From contig OZ024757.1 of assembly GCA_964016885.1 (NCBI GenBank), positions 30,380,001-30,444,000 of the forward strand: 64,000 nucleotides of DNA. The letters are read 5' to 3'. Both the position numbers and the translations under genes were made by a program. The notes beneath the pieces are model-generated. The model saw only the letters and a list, made by a program, of their open reading frames with translations, ran no database searches and was not told the origin of the DNA. How positions within the stretch are numbered: the stretch's first letter is position 1; each line of letters opens with the position of its first letter. Source of the DNA: Eledone cirrhosa (taxonomy: Eukaryota). Positions 50,913-63,607 of this stretch are shown in pieces.

Positions 50913-52514
50913 GTTTAGAGTGTTGGACTCATGATCATAAGGTCATGAGTTCGATTCTTGGACAGGGGGGGGGGGGGTGCTATGTTCTTGAGCAAGATGC
51001 TTCATTTCATGTTGTTTTCCATGATAAAACTGGACCCTCTATACTTAATAAACAGCAGAAACCTCCTATGAGATACAACCTCATAGGAGGCCACTTAAAC
51101 CTGTATAGGTATGAACTGAGTTATATATTAAACTATCAGATAACAATAGCCAGGGTCTCCAAGCCAAATTTTGAAAGGCGGTACAAGACCCCTTTGGGGC
51201 CTGAAGCAGGCAAAGATTTTTCTCAAAATGGATGTTGCATGGTTGCTGTGGTACCTTCTTAGCTGAACCAAGTACTGGTTGTACCCCACTCTCATAGGCC
51301 CCGACTATAGCTTCATTATATTTAACTAACAGGTAACTAACTACATCTTAATTATATATATTGAACTACAAGATAAATACACTTTAATTATATATATTAA
51401 CCCTTTAATGTTCAAACCGGCCAAAACCGGCCTGAATTCTCTACCTCTTTCTGTTGAAACTGGCTGTAACTGGCCACTCATACTGATGTTAAGGTATTGT
51501 TCTCAAAATAAATACTTTCAAAATCTCATAGATTTGATATTGTGTGAGATAACTATGCGAGGTAAAGCCTTTACCATGAAAATATAATAGTATTTATAAA
51601 ATAATGTGAATGCTAAAGGGTTAAACTATCAGCTAGTTACACCTTAAATATATATATTTAACTATTAGGTACCTACATCTTAATTATATAAATAATTATA
51701 TATATTTAACTTTAAGGTAACTGCATTTTAATTAGATATATTAAACTTCCAGGTAACTACATCTTAATTGCATAGATAGAACTGTCAGATAACTACAGCT
51801 CTGTGTGTATATATATATATATAATCATCATTTAACATCTATCTTCCACGCTAGCATGGGGAGGATGGGCTATCCCTTTGTGAGGGATCAGGTCGGGGGA
51901 CCATGATTCGCTCATACAGAAGTGATTTTGGCTTGGTTTCTATGGCTGGATGCCTTTCCTAATGCTAAACACATGTGCTGGGTGCTTTTTACTGTGTCAC
52001 CTTCACGACCACTTTACTGTGTGGACTGGGTGTGTTTTGTTGTGACACCTACACGACCACTTTTCAGTGTGGACTGGGCACTCACTTATCAATATCATCA
52101 ACATCATCATGATCATCGTTTAACATCTATCTTCCACGCTATATATATATATATATATATAAAAGAGAGGAAGGTAGACAGATAGATGAAGATTCCTCCC
52201 ATACTAAACGTTAAGCTGACTAAATAAAAGGATAATTAATCTTTTAACCTTACAAACGAGCTGTGCCTATTCATTATTACAATATGTATTTAAAAGTAGA
52301 AACAATTATTACAATATGTATTTATGACAAAACTGAGACTATACTTATCACCAGCAAGGTCACCACCACCATCAACAGGACAATCATTGTCACTGCCATC
52401 ATCATCAACACTAAGAACAATAGCTGAGAATTTAAGCCTTTTGTTACCATATTTCTCATGAAATTTCAATATATTTATGTTAATGCAATTGACTGTCTTA
52501 TTTGCATATATATA

Positions 52515-53395
52515 CAGGGTGCGGACGATATTTGTTCGCAATTTTCAACTGCTAATTTTATGCAAATTTCTTTTACTTTCGTTGTCACTCTTGTCTTCAT
52601 AAAAACAGTGACTATATTTCCATTATTTATTTTCAGAATAATTGATTATGAATAATTTTGAACCTCCAAATTTGTGGAAGTGACACGGAGTTCTTCTTGG
52701 AATCCGTGCCGGGAGGACAAATAAGACCAGAAGATCAACTCCCAGAACAACAGGTGGCTCGCTGTCTCATCCAAAGACGTGCCCAGAGTCATGCAGACAA
52801 TGTTTCCAGCGACAACATTGGTCTTAGGTGTCATCAGCAGTCAAGGTGGCGTCATGCCACCTCACTTCTTCCCTGAGGGCCTCAAGCTGAACACTGATGG
52901 CTACATCCACGTTCTGAGTGAGGTAGTAAAGCCCTGGATCAACCAGGTAGCTGCAGGTAGGCCGTACGTGTAGTAGCAAGACTCAGCGCCCTGCCATACC
53001 AGCCGAAAGACCCAAGCCTGGTTGTCAGAGAACTTCGTCGACCACACTTCACCTGACATCTGGCCTCCCAGCTCGCCTGACTGCAACCCCCTTGACTTCT
53101 TTGTGTGGGGCGCAGTGGAACGAGACACCAACAGATCTAGCTGCAATACGAAAGACGATCTGAAGGCCAGGATCACAAGTGCCTTTAGGGACCTAAGTCG
53201 GGGGACAGTGACGAAGGCCTGTAGCCGGTTCTGAGGCCGTCATCAAAGCCAATGGTGGGTTTATCGAGTGAGATCAAAAGAACAAGTCATGAAGACAAAC
53301 TGACCCAAGTTTGATAAATAAATCTTAAAAAATAAAACTACTGTGTTATCTTTTCCTAGGCAGTAATTTTGCGAACAAATATTGTCCGCTCCCTG
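52515..53395 (+). mobile_element. Internally deleted Tc1/mariner DD37D (maT-like) transposon in IST1 intron 1
   Basis: About 27-bp TIRs CAGGGTGCGGACGATATTTGTTCGCAA; transposase remnant QQDSAP-x-WPPSSPDCNPLD with 37 residues between the last two Asp; internal stops. Confidence 0.9.
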
Positions 53396-53729
53396 TGTAT
53401 ATATATATGTGTGTGCATATATATGTATATGTGTATATATATATAAATATATATATATAAGTGTGTGTGTGTATATAATGGCTGCATCTCAGTTTTGAGA
53501 ATTGCCATCTCATAACCCTTTTCTCATACATGGGTGGTATGAACATGACTTTTTAGCCCTACCAAGGATTTAGATTCCTTTTTGCATATGCTGCAGCAAA
53601 AGAAAAAGGAAAAGGCCATGCTCATGGAACACACATGAAAGTCATTTAAATTTGCTGGCTGGAAAAGCAGTTACTAAACAATGATGATGATGATGATAAT
53701 TGATCTATTCATTTGTCTATTTGTTTTAG

Positions 53730-54195
53730 AGAATTGGATCCTGGTCTTGAAGAAGCCATTGCTAGTCTTATATGGGTGACCCCTCGACTTCAGAGTGACG
53801 TACAAGAATTCAAACAGATATCGGAACAGTTTGCTTCAAAATATGGCAAGGAATATGCACAAGCGTGTCGAACGAATGCACTTAATAATGTCAGTGAGAA
53901 AGTAATGCACAAACTTAGTGTGCAGGCACCACCCAAGATCTTGGTGGAACGCTACATGATTGAGATTGCAAAGACATACAATGTGCCGTTTGTTCCAGAT
54001 GCATCGGTAATGTCCCGGTATGAAGAGGGCTGTTCCGTAGACAATTTGATCGACTTTGACTTGAACGGTTCAGGTATGGACAAGAATGACAGAAACTTTG
54101 GTCATCCTGGAAACATATCTGGTGGTGGCGGCGGCGGTGGTGGCTCAACAAATCCACCTGTGCAGTCCTGTGGTTCACCTTTCAATTATCCGGCA
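53730..54195 (+). CDS. IST1: IST1 coding exon 2
   Basis: ttttag acceptor in matching phase; ELDPGLEEAI.SLIW..PRLQ, KYGKEY, MHKLSVQAPPKILVERYM.EIAK.YNV, poly-Gly; GTAAGT donor at 54196. Confidence 0.96.
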
Positions 54196-54448
54196 GTAAG
54201 TACACCTTCTTTCATTTGTGTTGTAATGTGTGAGATGAATGAATGAGTGTTGGAGAAAAAAACAGCAAACTGGCCTGAATAGAGTGAATGATCATCGTTG
54301 TCATCCAACATCCACACTAGCATGGGTTAGACGGGTTGTCCCATTTGAGGCAAGTTGGGTCAGGTGACCGTGTCCTGCTCATATAGAACTGTTTCTGGCT
54401 AGATTTCTACAGCTGAATGCCCTTCCTAATGCCAACTACATTTACAGT

Positions 54449-55160
54449 ATGTGCTGGGTGCTTTTTGTCGTGACACTTACACAACCACATTACAGTGTGT
54501 GCTGGGTGCTTTTGTCGTGACACTTACACAACCACATTACAGTGTGTGCTGGGTGCTTTTTGTCGTGACACTTACACAACCACATTACAGTGTGTGCTGG
54601 GTGCTTTTTGTCGTGACACTTACACAACCACATTACAGTGTGTGCTGGGTGCTTTTTGTTGTGACACTTACACAACCACATTACAGTGTGTGCTGGGTGC
54701 TTTTTGTCGTGACACTTACACAACCACATTACAGTGTGTGCTGGGTGCTTTTTGTTGTGACACTTACACAACCACATTACAGTGTGTGCTGGGTGCTTTT
54801 TGTCGTGACACTTACACAAGCACATTACAGTGTGTGCTGGGTGCTTTTTGTTGTGACACTTACACAACCACATTACAGTGCGTGCTGGGTGCTTTTTGTC
54901 GTGACACTTACAGAACCACATTACAGTGTGTGCTGGGTGCTTTTTATTGTGACACTTACACAACCACATTACAGTGTGTGCTGGGTGCTTTTTGTCGTGA
55001 CACTTACACAACCACATTACAGTGTGTGCTGGGTGCTTTTTGTTGTGACACTTACACAACCACATTACAGTGCGTGCTGGGTGCTTTTTGTTGTGACACT
55101 TACACAACCACATTACAGTGTGTGCTGGGTGCTTTTTGTCATGACTCCTACACAACCACT
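54449..55160 (+). repeat. 48-bp minisatellite, about 15 copies, expanded from an internal unit of a SINE tail, in IST1 intron 2
   Basis: Unit gtgtgtgctgggtgctttttgtcgtgacacttacacaaccacattaca follows the gcccttcctaa SINE-tail motif. Confidence 0.95.
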
Positions 55161-55470
55161 TTATAATGAATATGAGTTCAAATCACTGTAGAGGAGATGC
55201 TTGGTAGAACATTCATTCTCCCTCCCTGTCCCCCTTCAATTCACCTTTATTATAGGGCATATAACAGTTGTGGTTATATATCTACAAGGTAGATGTGAGT
55301 TCCTTGAAGCACGAAGAAGGTAGCCCCTCTATGAAAACAGTCACTCCAAATATACTACTCAGAGCAGATTCGATATTATGTGAGGTAAAGACTTTACTGA
55401 AAAAATACAATAGTATATATGGAGTAATGTAAATACTAAAGGGCTAAAATATCTTGTCTATTTCTTCTAG

Positions 55471-55734
55471 GCATCGCTGTGTGATTCCAGCAAAGACGTC
55501 CCCTCTGGAATACCAACAAAGCCCTCAGAAAACAAATACCCACCAGCTCCTATTGGCTTTGATATCAAACAGCCAGACCAACATAAGCAGATTGATATGT
55601 TTCCCGACTTGCCTGCCGTTCCATCAAACACTTTACCTGACATTGGTAATCATGCCTCTGTTCAGGAATCAGGTGAAGATGTGGACTTTGATGACCTCAC
55701 CAGACGTTTTGAGGAGCTTAAAAAGAAAAAATAA
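55471..55734 (+). CDS. IST1: IST1 terminal exon with MIM2/MIM1 motifs
   Basis: ttctag acceptor; FPDLPAVPSNTLP and EDVDFDDLTRRFEELKKKK*; this frame is not shown in the ORF track. Confidence 0.95.
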   Translation, partial: ASLCDSSKDVPSGIPTKPSENKYPPAPIGFDIKQPDQHKQIDMFPDLPAVPSNTLPDIGNHASVQESGEDVDFDDLTRRFEELKKKK

Positions 55735-55892
55735 ATTCTCACTTAACTAATTAATTAACTGGAATTTAATAACAAATCCTGTCCAATTATATATATCTAC
55801 ACACACACACATACATGTATATGCATATAAACACACACATGTATACATATATATACACACATGTATATGTATATACACACACATATATGTAA

Positions 55893-55940
<48 letters not shown>

Positions 55941-56954
55941 GTGTATATAAATATGCACACACACACACACATGCACATATACAGATATGTATGCATCTAT
56001 ATATGTGTGTGTGTGTGAATATATATTTATATATTACATAATAAATTGATATGCATTTTACTTATGTATTGAGTCTTTACCTTGAGTTGTAGCCTCCTCG
56101 AGAAAATAGACATTTTCGTGGACAATAAATAACACACACACACACACACACAAGACATGTTTACAACACATATGCACACATCTATTACATATATTTATAC
56201 AGACATACACACCCTTATAAATCTCTGTTAAAATTAAACACAATTTTATTGTACAATATATATAACTGTGTTCTATAAAAACTGCTGCTAATACATCATA
56301 TATAACTCTGAAAACTATTGCATTACTCTTGTTTTATTTTATATTTATATCAACATTACTTTTACTGATTGCCTTCTGAGATATTAAATATTTATTTCTA
56401 CTTTTGGCACAAGGCCAGCAATTAGCCCAGTGTATTACTGGGACTTTATTTTATCGACCCTGTAAGCATGAAAGGCAAAGTTAACCTCGGCGGGATTTGA
56501 ACTCAGACCATAAACATGGAGTTACGGCCCTTTACGTTTCGAGTTCAAATCCGCTGAGGTTAGCTTTGCCTTTCATCCTCACAGGGTCGATAAAATAAAG
56601 TACCAGTCACGCACTCGGGGCGATTTAATCGACTCCCCCGCCCTGCTCTTGTGCTTATATAAGAAACCATTATTATTAGGGTCGGACGCCACGCTTGCAG
56701 CATAGAGTTACAGCCCTTTGCGGTCTGAATCAAATGCCACCGAGGTTAACTTTGTTTCTCATCCTTACTTTCCCCTCCCCAAAATTGCTGGCCTTGTGCC
56801 TAAATCTGAAACTATTATTATCATTTGCCATGACCCCCTAAGGATGAAAGGCAAAGCTAAGCTCGGCGAGATTTGAACGCAGAACATAAAGGCCCATAAC
56901 TCTAAACTGCGAAGCATTTTGCCCGATGCTGTACTGATACTGCCAGCACATCGA

Positions 56955-57040
56955 CACGGTGACGTTGAATCACGTGACTTAAGCTGACCAATGGAAAACC
57001 AATACTGTTTCCTTTGTGTCATTCTTCCGGAAGTTTCAGT
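56955..57040 (+). promoter_or_regulatory. Candidate promoter of the zinc-finger locus
   Basis: Clustered TGACG, CACGTG E-box, CCAAT and palindromic ETS-like CTTCCGGAAG within about 80 bp of locally CpG-richer unique DNA. Confidence 0.55.
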
Positions 57041-57279
57041 ATAGTTCCATTGTTATCCCGTGCCGAAGCCTGTATTGAAATATATGTACTATCGTATTAC
57101 ATAAGTCTTCTGCACATTCGCCGTCTACCAAATTCTACTCGCAAGAAAACATTTAGCTTAGTACTAGTTCGTCTATCTACAATAGCTAAAGAAACTATAA
57201 CGTTTATTAAATTACAGTACTCAAAGATAAAGACGAAGCTATTTTCTACCAAGTCAAGTCAATTATTAACTAAAACAAG
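57035..57279 (+). other. Candidate non-coding first exon of the zinc-finger locus (5' boundary approximate)
   Basis: Ends at AAG|GTATGT donor (57280); candidate acceptors at 60779 (ttatttcag) and 62332 (tttatcacag). Confidence 0.5.
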
Positions 57280-58989
57280 GTATGTTTTTAACTAAATGTT
57301 ATTCTTTCAGTCGTTTTTTATTTTACGTTTTTATTCGTTCGTTCTTCCTTCTTTTTCTCCTCCTATTGAGAGTCCAAATGATCCAGCTAGATCCTAACCG
57401 ATCTCATGTTATCCAACATCTTGCTCGATATCTACCCTTGGGTCTTCTCTCGGTAAACTTTGCTCGTAAAATGTGCCCGGTGATTCTTTCCTGAGACATT
57501 CTAAACACGTGTCCGTAGCATTAGATCTGTGACCCCTTCATTTAAAGTAGTAGTGACTTCTTGGTTTCCTATCTAAGCGCCCTTTTCCACCAGGACTGAC
57601 CCTATGATTAAAACAACTGCAATGAAAGACCGATGGAGAATAAACATGGTTGCTCGACCTGCTAGAAATTGCAGCTAATTTTCCCGTCAAATTCCATCCT
57701 GCTGCCAGGAAAAGGACTATGGTTCTGACGAATGATCGCGGACCTGCTCAGTCAGGGCCAATGTTTTCTTATAACGAAGGAACCCTAATTTCTTTTTAAA
57801 ACACGAGAAATACACAATATATATATATATAGTTCGGAATACCGACAACGCAGGAGTACATGTTACAAATAGTAATATATATTACAATATATATATATAT
57901 ATCCATACACATACATATAACCGAACATAGTTATACAATATATATAACCTTACACCCCATTTTCTCAATGCTTTCTGATGGAAAACACAAACAAATCGAG
58001 TAAAACAATTATTTCGCACTGAAATCGTGATACCGTTATTTTTAGGGGTGGGTGGAGACACTTAATTGCAGTTATGCCTTGTAATTTATCATATATAACG
58101 TTACATAATCTGATGCTGTCGCTGTAGTTTAACATAAACATATAATTGTTTCTACTTTTGGCACAAAGCCAGCAATTATCCAGGTGCATTACTGGTACTT
58201 TATTTTATCGACCCCGTAAGGATGAAAGGCAAAGTTAACCTCGGCGGGATTTGAACTCAGAATGGAAAGGGCCGTGACTCTATGCGTCAAAGCATGGCGT
58301 CCGACCCTCTACTGATACTGCCATATAATTGTTTCTACTTTTGGCACAAGGCCAGCAATTACCCAGTACATTACTGGTACTTTATTTTATCAACCCCGTA
58401 AGGATGAAAGGCAAAGTTAACCTCGGCGGGATTTGAACTCAGATCGTAAAGGGACGTAACTATGCTGGAACGCATGTCTGACCCTCTACCGATACTCTAC
58501 CAAGGTAGAGATGATCCTCTTCTGAGTATCGAGCATCGCTTGTCTCCCAGATAGGTATCAACACTTGAACAGGCGGTTGGTCTACTCGTTCTCCAGCCTT
58601 GACTTTAAAATGTTGACTGAGGGTGCGTCAACTGTTTCTTGTTTGAGGTTGTTCCTGTGGTTGATCGCACGTGCAGAAAAGAAGTGGTTCCTAGTAGTTG
58701 GTTGGTGTTGCACCTAGTGCTTCCACGAGATATGTTCAATAAGCAAGGAGAGGCATTAAATACCATTCCACTAAAATGCTACTTCATGGTGAAGTAGACT
58801 TACATATAATGTATCAAGTGACAACGAACTTCCACAAGATATGTTCAATAAATAAGGAGAGGCATTAAATACCATTCAACTAAAATGCTACTTCATGATG
58901 AAGTAGACTTACATATAATGTATAAAGTGATTAACCGGCAGCTTCTTATCTGCCTAGGCTGGAGTGCAGCAGTGTACATGATGGAACTT

Positions 58990-59774
58990 GTGTGATCCGA
59001 TTCACCAATCTGCCAGTACATGGCAAGATGCAGGAAAACATGGAGCAACATTGCACCATCAAATTTTGTGTTGAACTTAAGAAAACCAAACAAGAAGCCT
59101 ATGGGGGGTGAATTAATGAACAAAGCATGTTCATGACAGCAGAAGAATGAAAGTGGGACAACACCCACCCTACAACCCTAGCCTGGCTCCTTGTGACTTC
59201 CACCTGTTCCTACACAGGCCTATGGGGGTAGGGTGAATTGATGAGCAAAGCAAGTTTCTACAGATAATTTAAAGGATGCTCTGAAGGAAATGCATAGGTT
59301 GAGGAGGAATGCAGATCTGGAGCACCAAACAGTACACAAAACATTGAGGAAGTGCTAAGGTTAGTGATGCAAGACCGTCAAGCTACTGTGATGATTATAC
59401 CTGATGCTGTTGGTATTATTATTGGCTAAGTGGAGTTCCACAAAGTCTGTGCCAAGTTCATGACAACAGAGGAATGAAAGTGGTACAGCACCCATCCTGG
59501 CTTCTTGTGACTTTCTCCTGTTCCTACAGAGGGAAGACAGCCTCAAGGGACTCAGATTCATGTCAACACAGGAGCTTAAAGGAGGCATCAGTGAATTTCC
59601 TGATTGGACTGCAGGAGGAGGACTGGGAAGAGGTCTTCCAAGAGTGGGGAAGACACCTGCACAAGTGTATCAATGCAAGTGGTCATTAGTTTGAAAAAGA
59701 CAAAGTTTTGTAAACTTATGAAAATATATAGTGTCTTTCCTGAAATGTTCTCATTACTTATGTAACATTCCTCA
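58990..59774 (+). mobile_element. Decayed, rearranged mariner transposon
   Basis: MEQHCTIKFCVELKK-like start, HP...APCDF.LFP remnants, right TIR ending cctca|TA. Confidence 0.7.
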
Positions 59775-59813
59775 TATATATAATGTTATATATATATATA
59801 TATATATAACATA

Positions 59814-60160
59814 TGAGGTACACTCAAAAGGTTTTGAGACTTTTATCAGACAGACATTTATTTAACTTGGATCAACACAAAACTCTAGTTTCCCTCAAAG
59901 TAGGATCTGCCAACTTTAAAGCATTTGTAGCGCTCCAGCCATTTCTGGAAGGCCTCCTTCTAGTCCTCCAGAGTGAAGGTATCCAGGGCACTGTCACACC
60001 TCTCATCGTCCCTCACCTTCTCCCTACACTCCTGGAACATCTTGTGCCAACAGAAAACAGTGACCTGGTTCATGAAAGTTAGTCCATTAGCATTTTTGAC
60101 TATTTCATAGGTTTCTGCAACATTTTTTGCCAAGCTCGACACAACTTTATTGCATATCGA
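59814..60160 (-). mobile_element. Second decayed mariner, tail-to-tail with the previous one
   Basis: TA|TGAGG TIR; L.K...ETYE...QVF.WHK.F...RE.V.DD.R HTH remnant. Confidence 0.7.
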
Positions 60161-60311
60161 GCCTCCAAGTTGTCCTCACGTCTTGACTACATTGTGCAAC
60201 CAATCAACTTCCATTCTATATTCATTAAAAAAATGGCAGATACATAGTATTGTGTAGTCCTAGATACACCAGAATGCTGGATGGACATGGTTATAATAAC
60301 ACCATCTTTAA

Positions 60312-60507
60312 CCCTTTAGCATTTAAATCAGCCAGAATTCTCTCACCTCTTTCTGTTCAAACCAGCTGTAACTGGTCACTCATACTGATGTTATGGTATT
60401 CCTTTCGAAATAAATAACATCAAAATCTTATAGATTTGATACTATGTGAAATAAAGTGTTTATGGTGAAAATATAATAGTAAACAGAGTACTGTAAATGC
60501 TAAAGGG
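60312..60507 (-). mobile_element. piggyBac-type MITE of about 200 bp; other copies near 23113-23318, 30302-30503, 45043-45456, 45842-46036, 51401-51620 and partial 55360-55443
   Basis: TTAA on both sides, TIR CCCTTTAGCATTTA, shared internal sequence among copies. Confidence 0.85.
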
Positions 60508-61145
60508 TTAAAACACCATCTCAACAATGAACAATTCAAAGACATTAAAGAATAACAACACAAAACATGGATTTGAATTGCACCAAAAAATATCTATGAC
60601 AAAGTGACTAGCACAATTTCTAAATTTACAAAATTCATCTGAGGCTATCAAACAAATAATTCCAGTTATAATTTGATATAATGAAAGTTGCACATTATAA
60701 ATCAGAGGATTACGTTGTAGTAACATTTCAATATTTTAATCTGTATGTTTCAGCATCCTCTATTTCTCTATTATTTCAGAGTGTCAGATGATATTGGCAT
60801 AAAAGAAAAATATATATATACTTCAGACTTGTCCAACCCTTGCTAGCAAACAAAGCAGACATTAAACGATATTTATCATCTTTTAAAGATTAAAGGGATA
60901 TGTTATACAGAACAGATATAAAACTCTGTTTATGTAAATCTGTGGTGGAATTACTGTAAAATATATTTACTCTGAACTGAAGAGTTGTCTACTTGGCCAT
61001 CTGGATTGTTTACAAGTTTTCAGTATCTATATATCGACAAAGATGACAATTTATGGAAATATTACAGAAGAAATGTTTGTTGGGAATTAAATATAAACTG
61101 AAGAGAAGAGAAGTACTCATTTAGTGAAATGGAAGAAAAAATATT

Positions 61146-62162
61146 ATGGAAACTGAATTCAATGAGAACAAAGGTGAATATAAAGCAGACTTAATAAGTA
61201 TTGATTTTCCCAGTGAAAGTCTGAAAGAGATACGAAAAGCATCATATGACTGTGGTATCTGTGGTAAATCATTCTCTCAAACAAGTAACTTAACTTCTCA
61301 CATACGTACTCATACAGGAGAGAAGCCATATCGTTGTGACATCTGTGGTAAATCATTCTCTCTGAAACATCATGTAAGTGATCACATACGCACTCATACA
61401 GGAGAGAAACCATACCATTGTGATGTCTGTGGGAAATCTTTCTCTGCAGGAGGTGTTTTAACTAAACACAAACTTCTTCATACAGGAGAGAAACCATACC
61501 ACTGTGATATCTGTGGTAAATCTTTCACTAGAAGTAGTTACTTAACTACACACAAACTTATTCATACAGGAGAGAAACCGTATCACTGTGATATTTGTGG
61601 TAAATCATTTTCTTATAGAAATTCCTTAAGTATTCACAAACGTAACCATACAGGAGAGAATCCGTATCACTGTGATATCTGTGGTAAATCATTCTCTGGT
61701 AGTAGTAACCTAACTGTTCACAAACGTATTCATACAGGAGAGAAACCATATCTCTGCGATAACTGTGGTAAACCATTCTCTAGAAGTATTGATTTAACTA
61801 GACACAAACTTATTCATTCTGGTGAGAAGCCATATCACTGTGATATCTGTGGTAAATCATTCTCTCATAGGAATGTCCTAACTAAACATAATCGTATTCA
61901 TACAGGAGAAAAGCCACACCATTGTGATATCTGTGGTAAGTCATTCTATGCACCTAGTGGCGTGAAGAAACACAAACGTGTACACACAGGTGAGAAGCCA
62001 TATCATTGTGATATCTGTGGTAAATCATTCTCTTATAGCAGTGGTATAACTGTTCATAAACGTAGTCATACAGGAGAGAGACCATATCATTGTGACATCT
62101 GTGGTAAATCATTTTCTGTAAATAGTGACTTCACTAAACACAAACGTATTCATCATACTTGA
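61146..62162 (+). CDS. C2H2 zinc-finger protein, 11 tandem fingers, 338 aa
   Basis: Repeated CxxC-x12-HxxxH with TGEKP linkers; short acidic N-terminus with no recognisable effector domain. Confidence 0.93.
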   Translation: METEFNENKGEYKADLISIDFPSESLKEIRKASYDCGICGKSFSQTSNLTSHIRTHTGEKPYRCDICGKSFSLKHHVSDHIRTHTGEKPYHCDVCGKSFSAGGVLTKHKLLHTGEKPYHCDICGKSFTRSSYLTTHKLIHTGEKPYHCDICGKSFSYRNSLSIHKRNHTGENPYHCDICGKSFSGSSNLTVHKRIHTGEKPYLCDNCGKPFSRSIDLTRHKLIHSGEKPYHCDICGKSFSHRNVLTKHNRIHTGEKPHHCDICGKSFYAPSGVKKHKRVHTGEKPYHCDICGKSFSYSSGITVHKRSHTGERPYHCDICGKSFSVNSDFTKHKRIHHT

Positions 62163-62386
62163 GAGGAGTTGTATTGCTGAGTTATCTGTGGTTAATCATT
62201 TTCTGGTGGTAGTCTCATCATGACGCACATGCTTATTTATGCACAAGAGATGCTAGGAAGTTATATGTAATAGATCATTCACCACCCCGCCAAAAAAACA
62301 TCACTTTACCACTACTATATTATTTATCACAGAGAAAAATAAGATTATCTATGCCAAGAGTAATTTACTGAAATTGGAGAAAAAAA

Positions 62387-63607
62387 ATGGAAACTGAAGT
62401 CAATGAGAATAATGTTGAATGTAAAACAGAATTAAGAAGTATTGATTTTCCTAAAGGTAAAAAAAAAAAGTTTGGTAAAACTAATTTAAAAAGTATTGAT
62501 TTTCCTAAAGGTAAAAAGAAAAAGTTGGATAAAACTTATGACTGTGATATCTGTGGTAGATCATTCTCTCAAACAAGTAACTTAACTTCTCACATACGTA
62601 CTCATACAGGAGAGAAGCCATTTCATTGTGATATCTGTGGTAAATCATTCTCTCTGAAACATCATGTAACTGATCACATACGCACTCATACAGGAGAGAA
62701 ACCATACCATTGTGATGTTTGTGGTAAATCATTCTCTGGGAGTAGTGATTTCATTAAACACAAACGTATTCATACAGGAGAGAGGCCATTTCTGTGTGAT
62801 ATCTGTGGTAAAGCATTCTATTGGGGAAATGATTTAACTTCTCACAAGCGCTTTCATACAGGAGAGAAGCCATACCACTGTGATATCTGTGGTAAAGCAT
62901 TCTATGGTAGTAGTGATCGAACTGCTCACAAACGTACTCATACAGGTGAGAAGCCATTTATGTGTGATATTTGTGGTAAATCATTCTCTTGTAAAAACGG
63001 CGTAACTATTCATAAACGTAGCCATACAGGAGAGAGACCATATCACTGTGATATTTGTGATGTATCGTTCTCTGTTAGTAGTCATTTAGCTAAACACAAA
63101 CGTTGTCATACAGGTGAGAAACCACATCACTGTGATATCTGTGGTAAATCGTTCTCTGAAAATAGTGACTTAACTACTCACAAACGTGTTCATACAGGTG
63201 AGAAACCATATCATTGTGAAATCTGTGGTAAATCCTTCTGTGTAAGAGGTTACCTAACTAAACACAGATATAGCCATAGAAGAGAGAAACCGTATCACTG
63301 TGATATCTGTGGTAAATCCTTCTCTGTAAGTAGTTACCTCACTAAACATAAACATAGTCATACAGGAGAGAAGCCATATCCTTGTGATATCTGTGGTAAA
63401 TCATTCACTTGTAAAAGTACTGTAACTGTTCATAAGCGTAGTCATACAGGAGAGAGACCATATCATTGTGATATCTGTGGTAAATCGTTCACTGTAAGTA
63501 GTCATTTAACTGCTCACAAACGTACTCATACAGGAGAGAAGCTATATCATTGTGATATCTGTGGTAAATCTTTCTCTCATACTAGGCACAAATGTATTCA
63601 TACTTGA
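62387..63607 (+). CDS. C2H2 zinc-finger protein, 12 fingers plus one shortened finger, 406 aa; tandem paralog of the previous ORF
   Basis: Same METE.NEN...SIDFP start and near-identical first two fingers. Confidence 0.93.
   Translation: METEVNENNVECKTELRSIDFPKGKKKKFGKTNLKSIDFPKGKKKKLDKTYDCDICGRSFSQTSNLTSHIRTHTGEKPFHCDICGKSFSLKHHVTDHIRTHTGEKPYHCDVCGKSFSGSSDFIKHKRIHTGERPFLCDICGKAFYWGNDLTSHKRFHTGEKPYHCDICGKAFYGSSDRTAHKRTHTGEKPFMCDICGKSFSCKNGVTIHKRSHTGERPYHCDICDVSFSVSSHLAKHKRCHTGEKPHHCDICGKSFSENSDLTTHKRVHTGEKPYHCEICGKSFCVRGYLTKHRYSHRREKPYHCDICGKSFSVSSYLTKHKHSHTGEKPYPCDICGKSFTCKSTVTVHKRSHTGERPYHCDICGKSFTVSSHLTAHKRTHTGEKLYHCDICGKSFSHTRHKCIHT

Noticed and set aside
1070-53395. Composite transposon formed by the two inverted maT copies
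   Set aside because: It would cut IST1 inside intron 1, and TA flanks are uninformative; independent insertions of a common family are simpler
54451-55191. Cys/His-rich repetitive ORFs on both strands
   Set aside because: Translations of the 48-bp minisatellite inside IST1 intron 2
55454-55750. 98-aa ORF from the track as the IST1 last exon
   Set aside because: Wrong frame; the conserved MIM motifs are in the frame starting at 55471
62160-62390. Stop-codon readthrough, selenocysteine or editing fusing the two zinc-finger ORFs
   Set aside because: Further in-frame TGA and TAA follow within 11 codons, and ORF2 is in a different frame
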